Source: Negaprion brevirostris
Taxonomy: Eukaryota
DNA length: 64,000 nucleotides
Reading direction: 5' to 3'
Assembly: GCA_030324005.1 (NCBI GenBank)
Contig: JARDVH010000132.1
Span: 91,759,905-91,823,904, forward strand
Shown here piece by piece: positions 39,057 through 52,165 of the stretch. A model generated the notes under the pieces. The model ran no database searches. It was not told the origin of the DNA and saw only the letters and a program-made list of their open reading frames with translations. The position numbers and the translations under genes were made by a program. Numbering within the stretch: position 1 is the stretch's first letter; each line of letters begins with the position of its first letter.

Positions 39057-39996
39057 TCAAGACCCCACAAGGCTGTGTTTTCAGTCCCCTACTATACTCC
39101 TTATAAACATATGGCTACGTGGCCAAATTCCCCTCCAACTCGATTTTCAAGTTTACTGATAACATCACCATAGTGGGTCAGATCTCAAACAATGAGGTGA
39201 CAGAGAGCAGGAATGAGATAGAGAATCTGGTGAAATGGTGCAAAGATGATAATTTCTCCCTCAATGTCAACAAACAAAGGAGATTTCATCAACTTCAGGA
39301 AATGTAGTGGAGAACATGCCCCGTCTACATCAATAGTGACAAAGTAAAAATGATCAAGAGCTTCAAGATTTTGGGTGTCCAATCGCCAACTGTCCTGATC
39401 CCCCTATGCTGACACTATAGTTAAGAAAGCCCACCAATGCCTCTACTTTCTCAGAAGACTAAGGAAATTTGGCATGTCAGCTGTGACTCTTACCAACTTT
39501 TACATCTGCACCATAAAAAGCATTCTTTCTGGTCATATTATGTCTTGGTATGGTTCCTACTCTGCCCAAGACAGCAAGAAACTACAAAAGATCGTGAATG
39601 TAGCTCAATTCATCATGCAGATCTGTCTCCAATCCACTGACTCTGTCTACATATCCTGCTGCCTCTCCAAAGCAACCAGCATAAGGAAGGAACTCACGCA
39701 CCCCAGACATCTTCCAACCTCTTCTGTTGGGAAAAAAGATACAAAAGTCTGAGGTTACGTACCAACCAACTCAACAAAGCTTCTTCCCTGCTGCCATCAC
39801 TCTTTTGAGTGGACCTACCTCGCATTAAATTGATCTTTCTTTACACCCTAGCTATGACTGTAACACTACATTTTGCACTCTCTCATTTTCTTCTTTATGA
39901 GCATCATGCTTTGTCTGTATAGCGTGTAAGAAACAATACTTTTCACTATATACTAATAAATGTGACAATTAATAAATTAAATCAAATCAAATCAAT
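39057..39996 (+). mobile_element. Rex1/Babar-type LINE, 5'-truncated
   Basis: PQGCVFSPLLYSL, KFTDNITIVGQISNNE..EIENLVKWCKDDNFSLNVNK, LTNFYICTIKSILSGHIMSWYGS; (aaatc)n tail. Confidence 0.88.
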
Positions 39997-41508
39997 AATG
40001 TGTATCAGGTGCTTAAATTTGCTTTATTTCAGCAGCAGGGCCATTTTCTTCAAAAATGAAGGTCATTGGACATTTAAACTGCGGTCCACACAAGACAGGA
40101 GTATTTCCCAATACATTTTTCTACATCTTTGCATATATGTTGATCAATGTAATGGTCAACCTATCTTTGCAGAGTAGAGCCTGACAATTATCAATCGCAG
40201 TAAGAACACATCAAAATTACAATGCAGCATCAAACTATTGAAAGAACACATGTCTTGTATTTCAAAGCCTATCAATTAAAGAATTCCAGAAGCAGGTGGC
40301 TTATTTTTGGTTCTCCACTTGGGGTTGGGTGTGGTTCAAGTATTTTATAAAATCTACCAAAATGGGCCTAATCCCATGAATTAGTGCCTGGTCTAAAATA
40401 TGCAGCTCTGCAATGGTATCAGCAAATCTCACAACCACATGCTTATCCTGGGGCTATAAAAATCCCTCAATTCAGGAATGGGAATCTAGAATTGAGTCTC
40501 ATCTATCAGTTTTCAACGCCTCCTGCATCTATTCTGACATAAAAATCCAGGCCAGTTTACTGCCGAAATCTACAAAGTGACCAGTAAAAAGACAAACTAT
40601 TGGTTGTCAGGCCTGTATTCAGCTTTACTGGAACACTGTGGGAGGCCAAGGACATTGCTATTTTCACACTCACATGCAGAGCTAAGCAGACTCTCTAAGC
40701 CACAAGTTTTCCTAGGGTAGCTGACACAATTCACTACTGCTCTTTGGTGAAATACATTGTTCGTAATGAGGTTTTTTGTAGAATCTGCATGACTTGTAAA
40801 TGTATTCTCCTCGAATGCTACCTCACCTTCCTTTCATCCATTTTGCACTGTTCCTTGTCCTTCAGTGAAATTATACATGTTTGGAATTCTTCACCTGATT
40901 GTCAGAACCTCATAATGTGGGTGGGGGAAAATATTGTGATGATTTTAAAGGCCCTCAAACTGGCAAGACCAGTTTAATCGACATGCAAGACAAACAAAGA
41001 CCTCTTTAATAATAGTTATTTCTCTTGGAAGTTTCTTCAGGCTGTTGACTCCAGTATAAAACAATTCTACTAATATTGGCTGGTAACAAATGCTGTCATG
41101 GCATGTGGGGACAGCCAACACCATTGCCTCTCGTTTTTATGCATGGCAATATCAGTGGGCACTCTTGTGGAAGAGTAGATTAGGATGTTCAGTGCCATTA
41201 TTCCAGGCTAGAAAACCAAAGTAAATGGATCCCTGCCCAGAATACACCCCCAACCTTAGTAATGCACTGAACCTACATCAGAAGTTTGCCAATGGCGTGT
41301 AAGTTTGAGGCCTGAGCATTAGTGGGCTTTTCAACTACAGAGAGCCTCACAACCAACCACAGTGAAGTGGGCTTGTATTCATTTCCCTATTCTGTGGGTT
41401 TGCTATCAATTTTACTGCTCCAGTAAACTAATTTTATCTCTTATTTATCCATGCCAGTTGCACTCCACTTTTTCCCCTGAAGTCGAAAGCTGTGATACAA
41501 GATGTAAT

Positions 41509-41677
41509 GTGGATATGCTGGCGTTGGACTGGGGTAAACACAGTAAAAAGTCTGACAACGCCAGGTTTAAGTTCAACTGATTTATTTTCGTGAAGGGACT
41601 AACCCCAAAAGCTAGTGAGTGCACTGTCAAATAAATCAGTTGGACTTAAACCTGGTGTTGTCAGACTTTTTACTGTA
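41509..41677. mobile_element. Penelope-like inverted terminal remnant with a 14-bp TSD
   Basis: 48-bp inverted repeat 41540-41587 / 41629-41676 (46/48); TSD atacaagatgtaat at 41495-41508 and 41678-41691. Confidence 0.85.
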
Positions 41678-42060
41678 ATACAAGATGTAATCATGAACAA
41701 AGGTAGTTGGTGCAATAAGATGATAAATAAGACCGTGTGTAGGCCATTTGGCCCCTCAAGCCTGTTCCACCACTCAATATGATCAGGGCTAACCGGATTT
41801 TGGCCTTAATTCCACTGTCCTGTCTGCTGCACATAACCCTTGCCCATCTCACTGATCAAAAATCTGCCAAGCTCAGCTTTGCATACACACAATGACCCAG
41901 GCTCCTGGGGAATTCCAAAAATTAATGACCCACTTTGAGAGGAAATTCTTCCTCATCTCCGTGTTAAATAGGACAGTCTTATTTTGAGATGTGCCCCCCT
42001 GTTTTAGATGGAAAAAGTATTCTTTGAGCATTCATCTTCTCAGCTCCATTAGACGCTTAC

Positions 42061-43241
42061 GGCCAGAATTTTATGATCTTGTACTGGTGAGTTTTTAGGC
42101 AGGGGGAGGGTAGGGGTGGTTGGAGATGCAGGGAGAGGCAAATGTAAAAGTGAAGAGATAGGATTGCCTCCAGGTAGCTGCCCACCTTGAAGCCCACCTT
42201 TTCCCCAATTAATGCCCTTATGTTTCCCACCCAGCCTCAGGTTTTCAGCTGGGAGGATTGACTTTGCAGGAGGGAAGGACAGAATCAACAGAGTTAGATC
42301 TCAGGCAAGGAGTGGGCCCAGAGACCCCCCTTCTGAGTTTGGGCACACCACCCTTAAGGTCCAGTGGCATCCACATATCGTTCCTCACCGCAACATCACC
42401 GCCAATTGTCCCCTACATAACCCTTTGGCCTCCTTACCCTCCCCTTCCTGGGCCTGAATGTTTTGGATGATAGGGTCTCATTTCCCACCATTTGAAGAGT
42501 TAATGGGGAACACACCATGTCAGTTCTGAGTGCCCCATAGGTATTTCACATTTGAATGAGCTCTGTGTAGCTACAGGTGAGACAGCACTTTAATCGATTG
42601 GACATCCTGCCTTAGAGATTGCTTGGCAGCTTTCCAATTCCTACAGTGAGATACAGGCCTGGGGGGAGCAGTAAAGGGAGGCCAGGAAACCACTGGACCT
42701 TGGGTGGAGGGATGGGGTGCCCAACCTCACCCTGCATTCCCGGTCACCCAAGATCTTTGATTTTTGGCCTCCCTGCCACAAGTTTAATCAACCCGCCAGC
42801 CTAAAAATTGAGGCTGAGCAAGCAATGGCCCTTAAGTGGCCAATAATTGGTCACTTCAGTGCCTCAACTGGGGCAACAGTGGGCTTCCTTGCTCCACCCA
42901 ACTCTCATCAGCATAATATTGTTGTGTGGTGAGGGCGAGCAGTGACCCAGAATTAATGCCATTGGCAATTTCATGCTCCCCCCACCTGAAAACACACTGA
43001 TGCAGGAGAGTACAATTTTGGCCCTGGGACCCAGTTTTAGGCTCTGACATTCTCCTGCATTTCTTCTGCTGTCCACTGCAGCATTGTCGCTGTGGGCACT
43101 GGAGAGCTGCCAGCCAATCAGACTTCCTTCTGAGTGAGGGGCAGAAGTTCTGTCTACAGCCACTTAACGCTCATTCGAGTCAGCACAAGGAGCTAGTGGG
43201 GATGACAGGAAGTGAGACACGCCTTCTGAAAAATTCAGACC
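42061..43241. mobile_element. Harbinger-like non-autonomous element(s)
   Basis: Left ggccagaattttat; right-type ends acaattttggcc (about 43024) and aaaaattcagacc (about 43241); CR1 resumes afterwards. Confidence 0.6.
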
Positions 43242-43661
43242 AAAATGTTTCAGTAAGGCCATCTCTCAATCTTTTAAACTCCAATGAATATAGACTTAAC
43301 CTCCTCAACCATTCCTCACAAAACAGTCCCATAATCCCAGGAATCAACTTAGTGAACCTTCTCTGAACTGCCTCCAATGTACACAGCAAGCTAAGTGTAG
43401 TCTCTCCAATAACTTGAATAGCTGCAGTAAGACATCCCTATGTTTATTCTCCAACTCCCTTTCAATAAAAGTCAACATTCCATTTGCCTTTCTAGTTACT
43501 TGCTGTACCTGTGGGTTAACGTTTTGATTATTATGCATGAGGATACCTGAATCCCTCTGTACCACAATATTCTACAATTTCTCTACATCTGAATAATGCT
43601 TCGCCTTTCTAGTCTTCCCATAAAAGTGAACAATCTCATATTTTCCCACATTATACTTTAT

Positions 43662-43788
43662 GGCCGGAATTTTACCAGCATGCTCGTCCCAATTCTGGGA
43701 TGGACGAGGCTCACAGGACAGCATTCTCCATTGGCCTCAGGTGGGATCTTATGAGCCTCGGATGGGTGAGGTGGTAAAAGTTTGGCTC
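43662..43788 (+). mobile_element. ~128-bp Harbinger MITE
   Basis: ggccggaattttacc / ggtaaaagtttggct; same layout as 15048-15175. Confidence 0.75.
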
Positions 43789-45681
43789 GTGTCAAATTTT
43801 TGGCCCATTCATCTAACCTTGCACTCTGTAACTCCTCACAACTTGATTCCCTTTCTATGTTTGGATAATTATCAAATTTGTCTACAATATACTTGGTCAC
43901 TTCATCCAAGTCATTAATGTAGATTGTAATTGGGAAGCCCAGGAACTAGCCTTTCTTGCATCCCATGAGCCAACCTGAAAATGACCCATTTTTCCCCACT
44001 TGCCGTTCCCTGTTAGTTTGCCAGTTCTGCAGCCATGCCAATGTACTTGCCCTTTTACCATGAACTCTTCCCCTGTGTAAGTAACCTTTTATATGGCATC
44101 TTATCGAATGGCTTTTGGAAATCCAAATACACTACATCAGTTGGTTCTCTGTATCCAAATTAAAATATAACTGTTGTACGTGGAACTATTTGTTCTTTCC
44201 GAATCACAGATATTCCATCGGCCTTGTTTATTTTTTAGGATTCCAATAATGCGTGTACAAAGCCCCATGAAGAAATCATGCATATGCAGAAAGTCCATAT
44301 GTGCACGATATCTGGACACATAATCAAAGTCCCTTAGAAGCTGTCCACGAAGTGAAGCAGCCAGCCAAATAGAGGGTGATTTAACCAAGCTCAGCTGAAC
44401 ATCTGTCAGCCTGGCTGGCTCATCCCAGCACTCCAGACATGCACTTCCGATTGGTCTATTATCAAACAGCTTCGAGAGCAGTTGTGGAGAGATCTACAGC
44501 CCCAACCCTCACCCTCCTGGCAGAAGAGGAAAGTGCAATGTTGGAGAGAAACCCTGCAAAATATTCTTTAACTTTTTTAACAGAAGCAAATAACTAAACG
44601 ACTTTATTTGATTAATTTGTCACACGATCATGTTCCTGAAGCTCTTATCATTGAATGTGGACTTAGCTATTAATCTAATATCATGTTATATATCACTGTT
44701 AACCCTTTAAAAACTGAAGTAATATTTCTGCAGCCAAATCAATACCTGATGAGTTAGTTGATTTAATTTATATTAAGGATATAAGGTTACTAATATTGCC
44801 TTACAACATTTATCATCAGACGCATGCACAAGATCAGTTTAAGATTTTATTGGATAGAAAGGAGGCATGTGTTTTCAAAGCAGAATTTGGCTTTCATGCT
44901 TTTAAGATTCATTCTTTTGGAGGAAATGAAAACAGGCTGGGTTCTTTCCTACCCAAATTTACATTTGAATTTCAGCATTTCAAAAACATATCGCACACAG
45001 ACTTGTAAGAAAAAAATTGAAGCAATCAGTATGCAGAACTTGAAGGTTTAGGAAATGCAGATAGAAGCTGTGTGTGTCAACAAAGTGTGAGGGAAACAAT
45101 GACAAATTAGGACTTCAGAGTCTGAGACTGCAGTAAGCAGTTTGAAGATTTCACTTTAGCCCAAAGTGACAGTAAGTGAAAAATGAATTTATTCCAGGAT
45201 TACAGATTTATATTATTTACAAGCAATATGATTAAAAAGCTTCCTGCATGACTCTAGTCCTGGGGTTCTGCCACCATGTGTTTAATTCTTGTGAAAGAGT
45301 GTGGACTGACAACATGTTGAGATCCCTCTAGCTCTGTCACATTGTAGGTTATTGATGTGGAGGGGAAACAGTTTTAATTCAGGCTATTTCTCTTCCTTTA
45401 GAGGCCTGGACTATTGTTACTTTGGCCAGGGGGAGTTCATGAACCCTGGTGTCTGAATGAGAAAGAAATGGTACATTTACATAGGAACATTTTCAGTGTA
45501 ATTCCTACTTGGTTAAACACTGACATTTCACTATGGTTGGCTCTGACAACATCCCATTGTCCATGCACACGGTACTTCTCAATCTGGGATGCACGCTCTG
45601 CATTAGTTAGAATGATCGCATTTAAGCAAATAATTTCTTAAATTAAAATGTTACCTAAATAGGCAGATCATTAACTATTAT

Positions 45682-45855
45682 ATCCAAAGATGTGTGGTTA
45701 GGTTGATTGGCCAGGCTAAATTGCACCTTAGTGTCAGGGGAATTAGCTGGGTAAATATGTAGCTTTATGGGGATAGGGCCCGGGTGGGATTGTTGTTGGT
45801 GCAGGCTCGATGGACCGAATAGTCTCTTTCTGCATTGTAGGGATTCTATGATTAT
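45682..45855 (+). mobile_element. HE1 SINE 3' half
   Basis: tccaaagatgtgtggttagg..ctaaattgcaccttagtgtc..tctgcattgtagggattctatgatt. Confidence 0.85.
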
Positions 45856-47592
45856 TTATAATATAAATTATCTAAGCATAGAAATAAATCTGACATTTTG
45901 TGACTTATTTCTGGCTTTGTACGTATAATATGTATCTTTATTTTCTAGAATTGTAAGGAATGCAGCTAACATATTACTAGTTAAATAATAGTATATGGAT
46001 AGTCACTCTATAGTACGGAATTTTGGTATTGCTGAAAAAATCATCTATTGAATTAGCTACAGTTATACTGTTGAAACATGTTATACTATTTGTAGTGTGA
46101 ATAACTGAAGATAACTAACCCACATTTTTCCCTTTGGTTAAGTATCTGCTCCTCGTAGTATTGAAGGTTAGCAGCAACTTAGCCAGGTTTAAATCCTTTA
46201 TGCAGTTTTTACTTTATAGTAAGCATATATTGAAGCTGCCATATTTTAATTACTCTTTAATGAGCATATCCTTTCTGTTTTCTTGGCTCCTACTCAAAAC
46301 TGTTGAAGGAACCATGCTTTAACTGAAAAGCTGGCCCATCTGACTCCTAATTCGGAAAGGGACAGAAGCAGTAAAAGAACTGTATTATAATCCCCCAGTG
46401 ATATCATGCGCAAGTAACGTGACAATGGATTTCAATTTGATTTATTTAATTATTATGGAGACCTTTTTAAAAGGAGAGTGTCTTTAAAATCTGCTGAAAT
46501 TGTATTGCTGTGTTAATCAACATAAGACAAAATAAAGCAATTGTACATAATAAGTACTTTGTTAATTGACTAATTGCAGAAGTAAGTGGTTATCTAACAA
46601 TGTTTTGTTCACTATTACGTTGTTTTCCTCTCATGTTGGTTAATTGGAATCTGCTCAAAGGATTAAATCACATTTTCAGTTATTTAGTCATTTTCTAACC
46701 ATTTGCTTCTCACTCTCAATTTACCTTCAAATGTAAAATAAAAATAATTGAACACAGATAAAAATATTTATATAATTTTTTTTACCACATGGTAAGATTG
46801 GAAATAGATAGCAAAATCACATGGCACATTGTTTTTAAAAGCATGTTATTCTCCAGCACTGGAATGTGGTCCTTACTAACCTAACACCAATCAATGAAAT
46901 TGCTGATGCTCTGATAGGTTTCTAATAATGTATGACAATGCATTGTAAACACGAGTTGGCTTCGAACTTTTGAGTTTTTTTTCCTCTTCCGTTCACAGAG
47001 GCTGTTAGCATTTTGGTTAAAAAAACAGCATCAGTCTCAAACAATGCCCTTCCCCCAACTAAGCTAAGTGAACTAAGTTTGACCTGAATGGACAAGGACC
47101 TGCTGTTAACCTGTCACTGACGATGGAGTGATCTCAAGATGTTGGCTGAGGGCAACGTGTGGTGATGCCTGACCATTTCACTGGAGTGATAACCATCACT
47201 TAGGTTTAGTCATTGGCTGCATTTTTTTCACATTAGTCTCCTCCAGGGAAGAAAATCCCTCTGAACTTTTTGGTAAGCAGAAGAGGATATTCAGACCCAA
47301 CAGAGAAAAATAGGATGTGTGACTCTTATTCTTGTAAACTTATTATAATTAACAGGATTCAATATGTAATTTGCTCTGACAAAAACAGGCTACTCTCGAT
47401 CAGTTCTGGGAATGCCACAGTGACCATCTCGAAGGTATCTATTATTGTAAAAAAACATTCTTGGCATGATAGCTGTAAAAGGGCAGTAACTGTATTGCTT
47501 TAATAACTCAATGTTAACAGTATAAAGTTCATTGTGAGGATTGAAGTCTAATTGAATTCAATTAAATTGGATTTAATTACAATTGACTTAAA

Positions 47593-47860
47593 TCTCTTGA
47601 GCATCCCCAATTTTAATTGCTGCACCATTGGTGGACGTGCCATCAGCTGCCTAAATCCAAACTTCTGGAATGCTTCTTAAACCCTCCCTATGTCTCTCCC
47701 CTTCTTCAGACAATCCTTAAAACCTGCCTGCTTGACAATTCTTTTAGCTATTTAACATAATAATCTGACACTATGTCTCAGGTTTTGCTTTTTAACATTC
47801 CTGTGAAGTGCCTTGGCATGTTTTATTGCCATAAAGGTGCTATAAAAATACAAGTTGATG
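47593..47860 (+). mobile_element. L2-type 3' end
   Basis: ctcttgagcatccccaattttaat (reverse complement present near 34470-34495); ends aaaggtgctataaaaatacaagttg. Confidence 0.75.
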
Positions 47861-48208
47861 TTATATTTATGTTCACAACTCGTGGATTATGCTGAAGTGG
47901 TGAACAGTATTCAGTTGTTCAAAATGTGTATATTGGAATCTCACATTTCTGCAATCCCATTATTCATCTTGTTAATTATCCACCCAAATTTACAGCATGA
48001 GAATTTTACATGAAATATTGAAATCATTTTTTGTTTAGTTATCTGTATCTCATCTCCTTTTATTCATGAATAAACATCTGAATAAATTGCACATTATCGT
48101 ATGATCGACTCTGTGCTTTTACTAAATTCTTTGCGACATATTTAACAGATCCAATAACCCATATAAAATCAAAATCTGAACAGGCAAATTAAATCATTGT
48201 AAGACAAT

Positions 48209-48334
48209 GGGTGGGATTTTACAGTCCCCCTCATCTCAAAACCATAAAATCCCACCCGAGGTCAACAGAGCTTTCCGTTGTCCCTCCCTCACCCCTCCGA
48301 TTCCCGTAGCAGGTGGGAGTGGGGGAGGGTGGTG
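48209..48334 (-). mobile_element. Harbinger MITE, family of 15048-15175
   Basis: Reverse complement acgggaatc..gggtgggattttatggttttg..taaaatcccaccc. Confidence 0.8.
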
Positions 48335-48735
48335 ATCAATGATTTCTAAGCAAATGAATTGGGTTTATCAAAGTCAATAAATACATAGGGCGGTATTTTA
48401 CCATTTTTTTGTCTAAGTGCTGGGCGGACTTGAAACTGGAAGAATTTCAGAACCATTTTTTGGTGCATTTTTTAGTGCCCTCATATGCACTTTGGCTGCA
48501 AAATTTTGAGTGAGTCAATTTCTCGCTGCAGGCGGGGCTTAACACGCCCAAAAGCCTGCAGCTCCAATCGGAGCCTTCAACCACGCATGCACAGGAAAAA
48601 ATGAAATAAAGCGGCTCCCCTGCCACATCCCGCATGGCCCAGACAATACCTCCTCCTGGCCTCCATGGATATTGAACCACCCCAAAATTGCTGACCCCCT
48701 TATCCTCCGTCAATCGTGCCCCCCTCCAACAAGAA

Positions 48736-48900
48736 CAGGCAGAGTGGCAGTGACCCCCCTCCCCCAATGACCACAGGCAGAGTGGCAGCAGCCCCCATCC
48801 CCCATTGATTGCAGGCAAAGTGGCAATGTGCCCTTCCCCCAGTGACTGCAGGCAGAGTGGCAATGTGCCCTTTCCCCAGCACTCACAGGCAGAGTGGCAG
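48736..48900 (+). repeat. Subterminal tandem repeat, CAGGCARAGTGGCA every 37-38 bp (at least 5 units)
   Basis: Units start at 48736, 48774, 48812, 48849, 48886 and run towards the N gap. Confidence 0.9.
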
Positions 48901-49217
48901 CAGCCGGGGGGCGGGGGGGGNNNNNNNNNNNNNNNNNNNNNNNNNNNNNNNNNNNNNNNNNNNNNNNNNNNNNNNNCCTCTCTCTGCTCTTCCCCCAATC
49001 ATCATAACTGCACAGATCGCACCCCCCGCCTGCCTCCCACTCCCGCACATCAGCACACCTGCAAGTGTTCACTTGCCTTCCCCTCAATGCTTAACAAGCA
49101 AACTGCATGTAACTGGCTGGAATGCTCTGCCAAACTGCCTGCAGCTGATCTGCCCTAATGAGGGGCAGCTCCATAAAACCCTAAGGATGGACAGGCAGGC
49201 AAACACTGCAGGAAGAA

Positions 49218-49430
49218 ATGTCCAAGAAGTCAGTGTCAGATTTGCAGAAGCTGATTTCGGGAACTGCTGGATGCTGTCGAGGCAAAGAGAGGACACTCTC
49301 TTATCCCCAACAGGATGCTGACCAAATGGAAGTGATGGCAAAGTGGCCTGGGAGACAGTTGCCGCTTCCGTCAGTACCATGGCACTGGCCCCTAGAATAG
49401 GAAAGCAGTGCCTCAGTAAGATTAATACCC
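49218..49430 (+). pseudogene. Harbinger Myb/SANT-like DNA-binding protein, first exon (frameshifted)
   Basis: VRFAEADF / LLDAVEAKR / KVAWETVAASVSTMALAPRIGKQC; AATAAA near 50037. Confidence 0.85.
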
Positions 49431-50518
49431 ATCCAAAGCAGCTTAACCCCATCTAGCGTCTTCCTCAAATTACCCTCAGGTGCCCCCACTCCCAGCACAC
49501 TGCATGCTTCCAGTCCCTGACCCCCAAGCACCTCCATCCTCCCACCCAAGAATATCACAGGACCATCTGGCATTGAGACACCACTGCAGCTCCTGCCCAT
49601 CCTGCCCCGACTCTGATGAATCTGGGAGAATGTGGGTGAAAAGACTTCCGAGAGTGGCACCTTTTTAGAGTAAACCTCCACCTCACAACTCACCATCCCA
49701 GATACTCTCATATCAGTGAATCTAGTTAGTGATGAGGCTTCTAGGTCACTCTCTGGTGAGCGTAACACGTCTGATAATGATAAGGTGGAGGAGGGAACGT
49801 CCGAGGCTTCTGGCATGCGGAGGCTGCCGAGACCTCGGACTCAGCTGGCTCCAGGCTATGTGCTGGGGAGTCACTGAGACATATTGATAGGCCACGTACA
49901 GTTAGGAAATTGTAGCTGCGCTGTGATGCACTGAGTGGAGGGCAACACTGGTTAAATAGATATTTAAGCACTTTAACATTTTCTGTTTGCATGTTTTTAT
50001 GTTAGCACTAATTATTGAGATACTTCTATTGTCAACAATAAATGTTTTTTTGCTACCCACCTGTGACTAATTTGTCTCAGATTTGCTTTGAACAGGAATC
50101 CTCTTCCCTTGAGTGTCACCGGAGGAATCCTTCATGTTGATGTCAGCTGGGGAGCCCCCTCACTGCTCTGTCACTGAGAAAATGAAGGCATTGGTTCTCC
50201 AGAACCCACGAGAGATTCCCTCCCCTCCCCTACCCCAACCACCCCAGAGACCTATATGGGGGCTTACAGATCCCTTACCCACTACACAGATGTGTGTCCA
50301 GGTGCCAGCATGCATACAGAGCTCAGGTAGGAGTCAGACTAGATTTCACCAGCATCATTACAATGGTGCTTAGTGAGTCGCCATCACCCTCCTGCCTGCC
50401 AAAGAAACTCGCAAACATAGCATACCCAAGCATTGTAACATTGATACTACAATGTTGTAGGAAATAGTAGGATTTTGGGGGTAGGGAAAATGGAACCCAT
50501 GTGCAGAAACACAGGCTC

Positions 50519-51695
50519 CTAGTAACTGAACCGCCTGGTGAACAGGGCCTCCCTCGCCACCCTCGCATGCCTGATCCTTGCTGCCAGCTCTCCAGGGTGT
50601 TGTTGTTCTCTGTTGTCCTCCTCCTCTTCCTGCTGGGCAGCCTCCTCCCCAGTGATGGCCGGCTGGTCGGCCTCCACATCCTCCTCCACCTCCAAAAGGT
50701 CTCCTCGCTGCTGCACCAGATTCTGAAGGGTACAGCAAACCATCATAAAGAGGGAAAAAATCAGGGGGCTATACTGTAGGGCCCTGCCAGAGCAACCCAG
50801 GCACATGACCTGCATTTTCAGGAATCCTATGCACCTTTCCATTATTGAATAAGTGGCAACGTGGGCCTCATTATACTGGATCCCCACATCAGCCAAGTCC
50901 GAAGCTGGTAACCAATGTCACCCTCAAGCCATCCCTGCACTCCGCGCTCCTCCTCAAAGACCTCCCAAACACTGGAGCTCCTCAATATAAAACGCATGTA
51001 TGCTGCCAGGGTGTCTGGTACAGATGTGCATGATATTCATCTTATGGTCGCAAATCAATTACACATTTAGGGAATGGAACCCTTTTCTATTGATGAATCT
51101 TTGTGGAATCTGATGCAAGGCCTTGAGGGCGATGTGGTGCAGTCAATGACCCCCTGCATATTAGGTATCCCCACAATTGCCATGAACCCTGCAGCCTAGG
51201 CTTCCTGCTGGGCCTGGGCCAGGTCAAATTTGTTACACTGGCCAGCCTGGGCATAAGGGCTTCTGAGACTTTATGTCTGGCCATCAATTTCACAGTNNNN
51301 NNNNNNNNNNNNNNNNNNNNNNNNNNNNNNNNNNNNNNNNNNNNNNNNNNNNNNNGGGCACCCCGAGTGCTAGGTTGTGCCTGCCCAATATCCCCTCCTC
51401 TCCCCCCCACCGAGGTGCTACGTTGTGCAACAAATGGCATAGATGTCGGCATCACACGGCGTCCAACATTTGTCCAAACAACACTCGTATGTGGAACTGT
51501 CAGGGCCTCTGCTCCCTCCTTCTCCTATATCCCGCCTCTGGGCGAATGGTGGTCACATCTTGTCTCCCTCTACTCCTGTGAGTGGTAAGGCCTGGGCCTC
51601 TTCTGCCCACAATTCAGCCTTCTGCTCGTCCTCCTCAGTGCCAGCAGCAACCAAAAGAACAGCAAGATCAATCAGTTGCATTGCAAAAGCCATCT
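50519..51695 (-). pseudogene. HARBI1-like DDE transposase pseudogene
   Basis: GIPNMQGVIDCT, FINRKGFHSLNV*LICDH, GWLEGDIGY, YNEAH..MERCIGFLKM..LQYSP..VCCTLQN..AREALFTRRFSY*; splice acceptor just upstream of the ATG. Confidence 0.92.
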
Positions 51696-52163
51696 CATCA
51701 ATCTGAAGCAGAGGGGGGATTTGGAGAAGGGAGAGACAGATGGCAAGGTTAAGGAACGCTGCTTTGCCCCTAGCCCAGCAATGCACACTGCCGATACTGC
51801 CATGCCACCCCACAGCCCCCAGCAACACAGCCTTCCATGCCGTCCCCCACAGGCCCCATGGCAACACAGCCCCCCACTATCCTTCCCCTAGTAACACACC
51901 CAGAATTCATGCAATAGTGAGCAAAGATGCTGCTGCTTGGAAAGTCTTGAAGCTGCAGCACTGCCACTTCGAAGGGTTTTGGGCACATCCTCTACCTGGA
52001 AGAGTGTTGCGTTAGAACCAAGCAGCATCCCCAACACCCGAGGTCAGTGCTGAGACCCAAGTCCATGCTGAAAATCGGAGAATGGACACCGTGATCAGCA
52101 ACAGCACCCCACACACTTGCAGACCCCTCCGGACCCAAAACGCAACATGGCTGCCCCGACCGG

Positions 52164-52165
<2 letters not shown>

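Larger units (their letters stand above)
41730..44140 (-). mobile_element. CR1 3' portion with nested Harbinger insertions
   Basis: LEAVQRRFTKLIPGIMGLFCEEWLRRLSLYSLEFKRLRDGL; QVTRKANGML. Confidence 0.88.

Noticed and set aside
46296-46347. Minus-strand exon candidate ESDGPAFQLKHGSFNSF
   Set aside because: Good acceptor but weak donor, and its end phase does not join exon C directly
48736-48900. CRISPR-like repeat/spacer appearance
   Set aside because: Repeat is only 14 bp, spacers resemble each other, there are no cas genes, and it lies in a eukaryotic transposon
50519-51695. Domesticated HARBI1 gene
   Set aside because: Stops and frameshifts, flanking TIRs and a partner Myb gene mark it as a transposon copy
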